A DNA stretch of 64,000 nucleotides. Origin: Phycisphaerae bacterium (GTDB taxonomy: Bacteria; Planctomycetota; Phycisphaerae; UBA1845). Position 1 is the first letter of the stretch, and each line of letters begins with the position of its first letter. The stretch lies in NCBI GenBank assembly GCA_963666835.2, contig CAXXGO010000005.1, positions 224,001-288,000 of the forward strand, given 5' to 3'. The translations under genes and the position numbers were made by a program. This document shows positions 28,401 to 36,422 of this stretch, piece after piece. Under the pieces are notes generated by a model, which was not told where the DNA came from, did not search any database, and saw only the letters and a list, made by a program, of their open reading frames with translations.

Positions 28401-31400
28401 GTTATGTCGCATTCATCTGCGATTCCGTTTGTGTTGCAGTCCTCGCATTCATCCGGCAGTCCGTTGGCGTTGCAGTCGTCGCTGATGCCAGGCCCCGGTG
28501 GACCGGGCGCATCGTCTGCAACATCGCATTCATCTGCCCAGCCGTTTCCATTACAGTCCTCGCAGTCGTCTGCGATTCCATTATTGTTGCAGTCGTTGGC
28601 GGCGCCCGTGACAAGATCGCATTCGTCGGGAATGCCGTTTTCGTTACAGTCCGACGATCCCCATCCGGCGACATCGCATTCGTCGGGGATCTCGTTGCTG
28701 TTGCAGTCGACGCTCACCCCGGAAACAACATCACATTCGTCCGGGATTAAGTTGACGTTGCAGTCGTAGCTGATTCCCGCGGTCAGGTCGCAAATGTCTG
28801 CAAAACCGTTGCCGTTGCAGTCTTCGCATTCATCCGGAACGCCGTTCTCGTCGCAATCCACGCTGATCCCCGCGGCCAGGTCGCATTCATCGGCAATACC
28901 GTTTTCGTTGCAGTCCGGTTCGCAATCGTCCGGGACACCGTTGTGGTTGCAGTCGGCGGCGAAGGCCAAATCACACGCATCAGGTACACCGTTTCCGTTG
29001 CAGTCCTTCGCCAAGCCGACCGCGATGTCGCAAGTGTCCGCGATTCCATTCTCATCGCAGTCCGTGCCGCGCGTGCAGCCGGGTATCGGTACGTGGATCG
29101 TGAGCGGTTCCAGTATGAAATGGTCAACAAAACCTTCCGGGTCGAGATGCAATTGGGGCTTCCCATCACCGCCCGGCACAAGATCGACGGTGAAGTCGCC
29201 AAGGGCGTCATCCGACACATTCAATACTAGCGTGCCGCAATACACGGGATAGTCGGGCTCCAGGACTGAGGCGTACATGGGAACGGCACCATAGGTGTAA
29301 TCCGGTGGCTCGGTCGAGACCGCGGTGATGGTGGCCATTCCGAAGAACGCGAAGTCCTCCCTTTGCTGGTTGATGAACGCGCCGCTGCTCGGGGTTGGGT
29401 CGGTCTGCGGAGCAAGCGACCCGCGCGGACCGCTATCGAAGCCGGCGGAATCGATCGACGCTTCGTACATGTCCAACTTCCGCTGTCCCCAGTTCCGCAG
29501 GTACAGCTCGGTGGTGACGGTATCACCGGCACGGACTTCGATCTCTGAAGCCGGGCCGTCGGGCAAGGGGATGCCGTTTACCGCCGCGGCCATAAGAGAG
29601 AAGACCGGAGCGCAGTTTGCGATTAACACATTCCGGCAGAGTCCGTGGTCACACTGATGATCTGTGCAAGGGTTACCATCCTCGCAGTCTTCCGGCGACC
29701 GACATTCGATACATCGGTTGGTGAGTTCATCGCAAACTCTCCCTGGACATGGATTCGTCCCGGCCAGGCAGAGGTTGTCGATACACTCTTCAACTCCGTT
29801 GCAGAACCAGCCGTCGTCGCACTCAGCCTGACTGTCGCAGAACTCGCACACATCCACAACGCCATTGCCGTTGGTATCCTCGGCGGAGCCGTCTAGTATC
29901 TCGCAGGCGTCGGGAGACTCGTTTGAGTTACAGTCGGCAAAGAACGGGGACTCGCTCGCTCCGAGGTCTACGCGACAATGCTGCACCCGCGGTTCTCCGT
30001 CGAGGTCGGTGGCGGTGGCGGAGAAGAAGGCCGGGTCGCCGGCGTCGATGCAGGGGGAGTTGTCGGTCAGGTGGTAATCGCCGCCGGCGATGAAGGCGGG
30101 GTCGGCGTCGAGGTTGCCCGTGCCCACCCAGCCGCCTTCCACGTCACTGTACGAAACGGTCGGCTCTCCGAAGATCTGGTCCGGGCCGGTCTCGCCGAGG
30201 TTGCCCCATAGAATACTGCTGGTCACCGTCGGGATCGCGTCGTTGCAGTGCAACGCTCCGCCGCGGTAGCCGTCGGCGAGGTTGTCCACGATAGTGCAGT
30301 TGCGAATCAACGCGTTGCTCAGATAGCACGCGATTCCGCCGCCGAGGAACGACTGGTTACCCGAAATCACGCTGTCGGTGATGGCGGCCGGGCTGTTCTC
30401 GAAACAGTAGACCCCGCCGCCCGAGTTGGTCGTCTCGTTCCCGGTAATCGTACACCGGTCGATCGCCGGGCTGCTCCGCTCACAATAAATCCCACCGCCG
30501 CCGTATTCCACGAGAATCGTCGGCGCGATCGAGTTATCCTGCAACACGCAACGCCTTATCGTCGGATTGCTGTCCACGCAGTAGATCGCCCCGCCGCGAT
30601 ACGAGCCGAAGGTGCTGCCCACTGCGGCCGTGCCGTTGCGGATCGTCAAACCGTCCAGGACCGCCGATCTGGTTTCATGACTGTGGAAGAAGAAACCCCG
30701 ACCTGCGCCCTGTGGATCGATGACCGTACCGGCCACGACTGCCGCGTTCGCCGGGTCGGTGCTCTGTAGGGTGATCAGCCGACCGCCGAAGTCCAGGTCC
30801 CGGTTATGGCGGCCTTGATAGACGCCCTCGGCGACGATTACGCGATTACCCGAGATGGCCGCGTTGATCGCCGGTTGGATGGCGCAGAACGGGTCCTCGA
30901 TTGTACCGGTCCCCGGACCTGAGCAGTTCGCATCAACATACAGTATGCGCTCGCGGTCCTCACAAACGTCGGGAACGCTGTTGTGGTTGAAGTCCTCGGT
31001 AAGACCCTCCGCAGTCTCGCAGGCATCCCACTCTCCGTTGTCGTTGCAGTCGGCGGATGTGTCCTGACAGATGTCGGGCACTCCGTCAGCGTTACAGTCT
31101 GCGACGGTCCCGGATTCAATATCGCAGCTATCCGCAACGTTGTTCGAGTTGCAGTCCGGTTCGCAGTCGTCCGGGACGCCGTTGTAGTTGCAGTCGGCCA
31201 CCAGAAGGTCGATTACGTCGCAGTCGTCGGGAATCCCGTTACCGTTGCAGTCCGGTTCGCAGGCGTCGACCAGATCATTACCGTTGCAGTCGCCGGCCAA
31301 ACCAGACTCGATGTCGCAGCTATCGGGGATGCCGTTGCCGTCGCAGTCGATCTCGCAAACGTCCAGCAGGCCGTTCCCGGAGCAATCCAGGTCCGGATTC

Positions 31401-33568
31401 GCGGTGATCTCGGCGTCGTCCGTCTGGCCGTTGCCATCGCAGTCCGTGGGAATCTGCGGCGACACGCATAACGAGAACGACTGCGGACCGGCCGGTACGC
31501 CATAGCCGAAGACCTCGACCAGCCACAGGCCTTCCGCCGGATCGTCCACGAGAACTTGCTCGATGTTGTTGAGATGGTCGGCTCGAACGCGCGTAGCCGG
31601 GGCGGCCGGGTCCGCCGGATCGAGTGTCCAGGGATAGTGGCGATTGCCCTGTGGATCAAAGACCCGAAGATCGAGGTCATTGACCAGAGCCCGGGTAACG
31701 TTCGGCGCTGCGGGGTAGTCGTCCCAGGCCAGGGTTATCTTCAGCTCGCCGTCGTCCGGGTCGACCTGCACCAGTAGGGGGTATCGTTCGCCCTGATCCA
31801 GTTGCCCTTCGCGGAACCGCTCCGTGCGCAGGAAGTCGATGCTGTCGCGGATACGCACCGAGCCGTATCCGTTTTGATAGTCCGGGCCGCGATTGCCCAG
31901 GTCGGCGGCGTTGTGGGTCAGGATCGCCTTGATCGTGGCGTTGCGGGGGTCGGCCGCAGCGGGCAGTAGGGTTCGGTAATCCTCCAGTAACAGTGCGATC
32001 AGGCCGGTCACCGTCGGGGCGGACATGGACGTACCGCAGGCGCTCATGTACCCGCCGCCGATTACACAGGAAGTTACGCCGAAGTCGTCTCCGATCTCGC
32101 AACCGGGGGCCGTTACGTCCGGCTTGATTCGCCCGTCGTCGGTCGGTCCCCAACTGGAGAAGATGGTGGTGAAGTCGTCGTTGGCGTTGACGGCCCCGAC
32201 GGTGATGTGGTTTTTGGCGCAGGACGGCGGGGCGGTGGAGTGGTAGCCCTCCGGGGTGTGGACGCCTTCCGTTCGGCAGCGACTGCAGTTTCGTTCATTG
32301 CCGTTGGACCAGACCACGGTAAGTGGATTTCCCAACGTGCCGGTTACGATTGCGTCGATAAGCTGGGCGGTGATCCCGTAATCGCCGGTGATTGCGCAGT
32401 CGAACCCGTTCGTGCAGGTGTTGGTTCCGATCGAGTTGTTGGCCACGTCGACGCCGAAGTTCGCGATGGCGTCGCTATAGTCGTTCTCCAGGTCGCCCGG
32501 GTCGGCGTAGAGTGGCGGGTTTTCTTCGTGGTATTGCGTTTCGAAGCCGTAGCTTTCGATGATTACCCCCGGAGCCATGCCGCGATACACGCCGTTACTG
32601 GCTAAGCCGCTGCCGCCGATGGTCCCGGCCACATGTGTTGGGTGGGAGTCTTCATCGCTTCCGTCCCGAGCGGTCAGTCGCCCACCGAAGTCGGGATGGG
32701 TTCCGTCCGCGACGCCGCCGTCGTAGAGCAGTACGGTAACTCCCGTGCCGTCCAGTTCGTAGTCCGGGTGCGTCTGGACCGTTTCAGCTTGGGTGAGCCA
32801 TCGGTTACTGTCGTTGGCCTCGCCGAAAGCGGGCAGCGGCGGCTCGATCCACTGCACCGCGTCCTCGTCGGCCAGTGGGGTTATTCGATCCGCGGGCAGT
32901 TCGATCACGAGCCCGTTGACGGCGCGTAAGTATGACCGAACCGTGGCACCATGCCGCTTGGCGATGTTCTCGCCGTCGGGGATAAGCGGGATGTCCTGGT
33001 GGAACAGCAGGTAGGCCGCGACGGTAGGGGGAGTATCTTCGCGGTCGGACTCAGCGGTTGTTACTATCGCTCGCCGCGGGAGTTCTTTTCCGGTGAAACC
33101 CGGGTGGAGCTTCCAGGCTCGTTGAACGGCCTGCGCGTGCCGTAGCGGCACCGCCCGGGTCAGTGCCGCGAGGTCCACCCTGCCGGGCTCGACTACGGCG
33201 AAGAAGCTGTTGTCACCAAGCGGACTCAGCAGTTGCAGCCCCGCCAGGGAAACCGCGGCCCGATCCGCGGCAGTGAGCCCCCGATCGAACTGCACGACGA
33301 CATGCCGCCGGCTTCCTTCGGAATCCGGCCCGACCAACAACTCCGCCGCCGCTTCCGCGCTCTTCTCTTCACCCGAACCGCCGGATTCGGCACTAATGGC
33401 GTAGCCGACTCTCTCCCCCGAACCGCGCCAGCAAACCTGCCCACCCCACGCCGGCAAAGCGGCGAGGAACAACAGGAGGATCGATAGGCGGGTGGGAGTA
33501 GGCGTGTAAGACGGGCGATTCGAGCCGCGCGCGGCATTAGGCGTGGCAGTTGGCTCACACGTGGGCAT
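25427..33568 (-). CDS. Giant secreted S8 subtilase with ~40 DCNxNG repeats, two beta-helix domains, two cohesin-like domains and a C-terminal dockerin-like domain
   Basis: Signal peptide LLLFLAALPAWG; triad LYDGG, HPTHVAGTIGG, GTSMSAP; SSWGPTDDGRIKPD; beta-helix with SPCIDAGDP ends; GDVDGDGTTDMSD...DLNRSGTATASD. Confidence 0.92.
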   Translation of the reverse strand: MPTCEPTATPNAARGSNRPSYTPTPTRLSILLLFLAALPAWGGQVCWRGSGERVGYAISAESGGSGEEKSAEAAAELLVGPDSEGSRRHVVVQFDRGLTAADRAAVSLAGLQLLSPLGDNSFFAVVEPGRVDLAALTRAVPLRHAQAVQRAWKLHPGFTGKELPRRAIVTTAESDREDTPPTVAAYLLFHQDIPLIPDGENIAKRHGATVRSYLRAVNGLVIELPADRITPLADEDAVQWIEPPLPAFGEANDSNRWLTQAETVQTHPDYELDGTGVTVLLYDGGVADGTHPDFGGRLTARDGSDEDSHPTHVAGTIGGSGLASNGVYRGMAPGVIIESYGFETQYHEENPPLYADPGDLENDYSDAIANFGVDVANNSIGTNTCTNGFDCAITGDYGITAQLIDAIVTGTLGNPLTVVWSNGNERNCSRCRTEGVHTPEGYHSTAPPSCAKNHITVGAVNANDDFTTIFSSWGPTDDGRIKPDVTAPGCEIGDDFGVTSCVIGGGYMSACGTSMSAPTVTGLIALLLEDYRTLLPAAADPRNATIKAILTHNAADLGNRGPDYQNGYGSVRIRDSIDFLRTERFREGQLDQGERYPLLVQVDPDDGELKITLAWDDYPAAPNVTRALVNDLDLRVFDPQGNRHYPWTLDPADPAAPATRVRADHLNNIEQVLVDDPAEGLWLVEVFGYGVPAGPQSFSLCVSPQIPTDCDGNGQTDDAEITANPDLDCSGNGLLDVCEIDCDGNGIPDSCDIESGLAGDCNGNDLVDACEPDCNGNGIPDDCDVIDLLVADCNYNGVPDDCEPDCNSNNVADSCDIESGTVADCNADGVPDICQDTSADCNDNGEWDACETAEGLTEDFNHNSVPDVCEDRERILYVDANCSGPGTGTIEDPFCAIQPAINAAISGNRVIVAEGVYQGRHNRDLDFGGRLITLQSTDPANAAVVAGTVIDPQGAGRGFFFHSHETRSAVLDGLTIRNGTAAVGSTFGSYRGGAIYCVDSNPTIRRCVLQDNSIAPTILVEYGGGGIYCERSSPAIDRCTITGNETTNSGGGVYCFENSPAAITDSVISGNQSFLGGGIACYLSNALIRNCTIVDNLADGYRGGALHCNDAIPTVTSSILWGNLGETGPDQIFGEPTVSYSDVEGGWVGTGNLDADPAFIAGGDYHLTDNSPCIDAGDPAFFSATATDLDGEPRVQHCRVDLGASESPFFADCNSNESPDACEILDGSAEDTNGNGVVDVCEFCDSQAECDDGWFCNGVEECIDNLCLAGTNPCPGRVCDELTNRCIECRSPEDCEDGNPCTDHQCDHGLCRNVLIANCAPVFSLMAAAVNGIPLPDGPASEIEVRAGDTVTTELYLRNWGQRKLDMYEASIDSAGFDSGPRGSLAPQTDPTPSSGAFINQQREDFAFFGMATITAVSTEPPDYTYGAVPMYASVLEPDYPVYCGTLVLNVSDDALGDFTVDLVPGGDGKPQLHLDPEGFVDHFILEPLTIHVPIPGCTRGTDCDENGIADTCDIAVGLAKDCNGNGVPDACDLAFAADCNHNGVPDDCEPDCNENGIADECDLAAGISVDCDENGVPDECEDCNGNGFADICDLTAGISYDCNVNLIPDECDVVSGVSVDCNSNEIPDECDVAGWGSSDCNENGIPDECDLVTGAANDCNNNGIADDCEDCNGNGWADECDVADDAPGPPGPGISDDCNANGLPDECEDCNTNGIADECDITEGNSGDCNGNWIPDECEDCNGNGFADECDVNAGTSADLNGDGVPDECDPCADLNCDDGLFCNGQETCSGGTCVEGTAPCIEMRCDEQLDECVECLTDSDCADGNSCTVNTCENGVCQYALRSGSCDDDNRCTADDECANGGCAGLPIPGCGAAISLRAAAVNSTALPQGPVDRVIVEPGDTVNCEIHLEGWTPDALRSYRATVDAAGFTSAAIGVLTPSTTPHATAGAYIDRYRAAYPFRHSPSIATVLRGRPDYEYSAIGIHQSVVEAETPSYGGTLILEVSQGAAGAFVVGFDCSDGQTVLLDDNSEPIGSLQLHPLTISVLPSGCTGGPDCNKNGIRDDCDLSLGQSPDCNGNNIPDDCDVAKGGASEDCTHNGVPDECEPDCNHNGIADSCDIAAAAGRDCNDNGIPDECEDCDGNGLADECEIADGIAPDCNDNGVPDKCDIAAGTSLDCTGNGTPDECESDCNGNGVADSCDIAGATSVDLEDNGVPDECQAVRHVPADFTTIQQAIDAALPGDVVEVADGVYTRFGNVALDFAGKNLTVRSANGPAACIIDGGGSQPAFVFQNGEGLESQIYGFTITNSRGIECDNSGPTIRNCIITGNHSAGITCRNGSSPRIVGCLITGNQGVAGGGISSSYSDPVIRHCTIVGNTASFCGGALHATAGRPAVSMCILWSNTALTGTEIDLRSNSAMAITYSDIQRGTAGAGLIHSAFSQTTGNLAIDPGFTDADHGDFRLAEISRCINAGDPAFSPLDGETDLAGASRVLFGTADLGAYEASAFADCNYNTVPDWLDITGATSNDCNGNRVPDECDPYARIIVGSDPPTGAIDARQPFDPAGGASCGWQIVNLVFDGGATGLTAADFSVAATGGSGPTPQIRSVTVADDEHVEVVLRRPLDPGTRTTISYTCNGSRIALGYLPGDVDGDGTTDMSDLQALIDSVTGTTDLPLWSTDLNRSGTATASDILREIDLLNGAGQLDPWLGELLP

Positions 33569-33913
33569 TGCTTGCTCCACAGATTCCCGCACCGTGCCGC
33601 GCGCTCGTGCGGCGGTGTTCCATTTCAGTAACGGAATCAGCCGGCCTGCTACAAACGCGGCACCCCGCCGTTCGTTTCCGAATACGAACGACCAACCCGT
33701 TTATACCGGTATTCGGGCGATGAATCAACGGAAAGGTCTCTCCAGGACGTTCCCTGTCACCGAAACCAACTGTACCGCCCCGAACTTGTGCAAATGGTAT
33801 CGGGAGCCTAGAGTCTGCTCAGATGCCGGCCGCGGCGGTCCGGTTGCCGGCATGGGCGAGGCACGCCCGAGTGCTTTCTGAACACCGAACGGCCCCCCGG
33901 GTAGGATGGAGTT

Positions 33914-35062
33914 GTGACAATGTCTGGTTCCCTCGTTGTGCTTATCGGTCTATTCGTGGCGCTGCCGGCGGATGGGGATTCCACGTGGACGCGCATCGGC
34001 TTGGACGAGGGCTTGGCGGCGCAAGTGCAGCCGTCCATCGATCGAGGTTTGAAGTATCTCTCCGCTACCCAGCAGGAGGACGGTGGTTGGGAGGCGTTCG
34101 GTCGGTCCCACCCGGCCATTACGGCTCTGGTGGTAAAGGCTTTGGTACAGGACCCGGGCTATGGCCGCGATCATGCGACGGTCAGAAGAGGGCTGGCTTA
34201 CATCCTACGTCACGTTCAGCCCGACGGTGGAATCTATGTTCCGGACGAGGGCAAGCGAAACTACCACACAAGTGTCGCGTTGATGGCGTTGTCAGCCACG
34301 AAGGACCCGGCACATGCGAAGACGATTCGAGCGGCCCAGCGTTTCCTCAAGAATCTGCAGTGGGACGAGGGCGAAGGGCACGAGGCGACTAGTCCCTGGT
34401 ACGGCGGACAGGGGTACGGCCGGCACAAGCGTCCGGATCTCTCCAATACGCAGTTGATGACCGAGGCGCTGAAACAAAGCGGTCTTCCCGCCGACGATCC
34501 GGTTTACCGGAAAGCCGCAGCGTTCGTCTCACGCTGTCAGATGTTGGGGCAGACCAACGATCAGAGTTTTGCCTCGGAGAGTGCTGACGGCGGGTTCGTA
34601 TATACTCCGGCCAACGGTGGTGAGTCCAAGGCCGGGGTAGAGATGATCGACGGGAAGCCGAGGCTTCGAACGTATGGATCCATGACGTACGCCGGCTTCA
34701 AGAGCCTGCTGTACGCGAATGTCGACCGCCAGGACGTTCGAGTCCGCCGAGCCTTGGATTGGATTCAGCGACACTATACGCTAGACCACAATCCCAACAT
34801 GCCCGACGCGCAGTCGAAGCAGGGACTGTATTACTACTACCACACCTTCGCCCGGGCGTTGTATGCGTGGGGTGATGAGACGATTAACGACGCCCAGGGC
34901 GTTCCGCGAGACTGGCGCAGGGACCTGTGCAGCAAACTCATCTCCTTGCAGCGTGAAGACGGAAGCTGGGTCAACTCGGAGGATCGGTGGTACGAGGGAA
35001 ACCCGCATTTGGTGACGGCGTACGCGATTCTGGCGATGCAGACTGCTATGTCGTTACCTTGA
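33914..35062 (+). CDS. Secreted prenyltransferase/squalene-cyclase-like QW-repeat barrel protein
   Basis: YLSATQQEDGGW, YILRHVQPDGGI, FVSRCQ, LISLQREDGSW; N-terminal signal; DXDD replaced by PDLSNT. Confidence 0.85.
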   Translation: MTMSGSLVVLIGLFVALPADGDSTWTRIGLDEGLAAQVQPSIDRGLKYLSATQQEDGGWEAFGRSHPAITALVVKALVQDPGYGRDHATVRRGLAYILRHVQPDGGIYVPDEGKRNYHTSVALMALSATKDPAHAKTIRAAQRFLKNLQWDEGEGHEATSPWYGGQGYGRHKRPDLSNTQLMTEALKQSGLPADDPVYRKAAAFVSRCQMLGQTNDQSFASESADGGFVYTPANGGESKAGVEMIDGKPRLRTYGSMTYAGFKSLLYANVDRQDVRVRRALDWIQRHYTLDHNPNMPDAQSKQGLYYYYHTFARALYAWGDETINDAQGVPRDWRRDLCSKLISLQREDGSWVNSEDRWYEGNPHLVTAYAILAMQTAMSLP

Positions 35063-35099
35063 AGTCGAGGACGTGCCGGTAGTGTCCACCCGGTGACGC

Positions 35100-36374
35100 A
35101 TGGCAAGTTGGGAGGAGCGTGCATTGACGCATCCACCTATCGAAGATTGGCAGACTATTGAGCCGCGTCCGCCGGGACCGGCGGTTGCGGAGCCTCGCGC
35201 GCTATTGACTGAAGCGTTGTCAGCCGACGGGGTCTTGCGGTCATTCGTGGAAGCGGCGCGGCGTGAGAATCAACCGGTGCTGCTGGTGGTGAATGACGGA
35301 CACCGTGCGACTCAGACTCACGTAGCGCTTGAGGCGATCGCTGAGGTTCTTGGCTCACGACTTGTCCTACCGGGCTTCCGGGCGCTGGTGGCGGCGGGGA
35401 CGCATCAGTTTCCGGAGCATGAGCGGCGCGAGTTCGAAGCGAGCACATTTGGGGGCTGTGGCTTGCGGATCGATGCCGTGTCCTGGAACGACTCCGACAG
35501 TGATCGAGACCGGGTGAAGGTAGGCTCCGTGCGGCTGCACAAGTGGCTGGCGGAAGCTCGGTTCGTATTGGCGATAGGCAGTGTTGAGCCTCATTACTTT
35601 GCGGGAGTAACGGGAGCCCATAAGACGCTGACCGTCGGGTGCATGGCCCGGGGCGATATAGAGCGGAATCACGAAGGGGCGATGAGCTCAGCCTCTGAGA
35701 ACCTCAGATTGAACGGTAACCCGGTGTACCACGGGGTTGTTGAGATTCTCGGCGCGGTGCAGGATGGTGGTCGTCGGGTCCTGGCGATTAACGAGGTCGT
35801 GGACAGTAGGAATCTGCTGGCGGCTGCGGTAGGCGATCCGGTGGAGACCGTCGAGCTTCTGCTCCCTACGGTGCGGAGCGTGTTTGCGCACCAACTTCCC
35901 GAGCCCGTGGATTTGTTACGGCTGCGTGTGCCATTGCCGCTCGGACGAAATCTGTATCAGGCGGATAAAGCGCTGAAGAACAACCACTTGGCGGTGCGCT
36001 ACGGCGGGGGGATTCTCTTGGAGGCGGATTGTCCGGAGGGGATAGGTCCGGATGCCTTTTTGGGGTTGCTCCGCCGAGCGGCGGGCTACGCCGATGCTCT
36101 GAGGATCGTGGCAGACGAGGGGTATCGGCTGGGTGATCACAAAGCGGTCAAGCTTCTCTACCTGACGGATCCAAAGTGCCGTGGAGTCCATGTCGTTCTG
36201 GTGTCAGACACCGTCACTCCGTCGGCCGCGCGGGAAGCCGGAATGCGGGTCTTCGCCGACGCCTCGGTTGGTCTTGATTGGCTCACGGAAGTCGTGGCGG
36301 CATCCGGACCGTGCCGCCGTGGGGCGATCATTGAAGATGCCGGGGTTGTCTGCACGAGCGCGCCAGGGCAATAG
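35100..36374 (+). CDS. Lactate-racemase (LarA/DUF2088) domain protein
   Basis: VVNDGHRAT, AAGTH, GSVEPHYFAGVTGAHK, NLYQADKAL, GGILLEADCPEGIG. Confidence 0.8.
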   Translation: MASWEERALTHPPIEDWQTIEPRPPGPAVAEPRALLTEALSADGVLRSFVEAARRENQPVLLVVNDGHRATQTHVALEAIAEVLGSRLVLPGFRALVAAGTHQFPEHERREFEASTFGGCGLRIDAVSWNDSDSDRDRVKVGSVRLHKWLAEARFVLAIGSVEPHYFAGVTGAHKTLTVGCMARGDIERNHEGAMSSASENLRLNGNPVYHGVVEILGAVQDGGRRVLAINEVVDSRNLLAAAVGDPVETVELLLPTVRSVFAHQLPEPVDLLRLRVPLPLGRNLYQADKALKNNHLAVRYGGGILLEADCPEGIGPDAFLGLLRRAAGYADALRIVADEGYRLGDHKAVKLLYLTDPKCRGVHVVLVSDTVTPSAAREAGMRVFADASVGLDWLTEVVAASGPCRRGAIIEDAGVVCTSAPGQ

Positions 36375-36422
36375 ACGAAGTCCGAAACGCCACCGTCGAG
36401 GGGGATTCTCCTTGGGGGGTCG

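Noticed and set aside
33914..35062. Calling this squalene-hopene cyclase (shc)
   Set aside because: Only ~380 aa single barrel, has signal peptide, lacks DXDD
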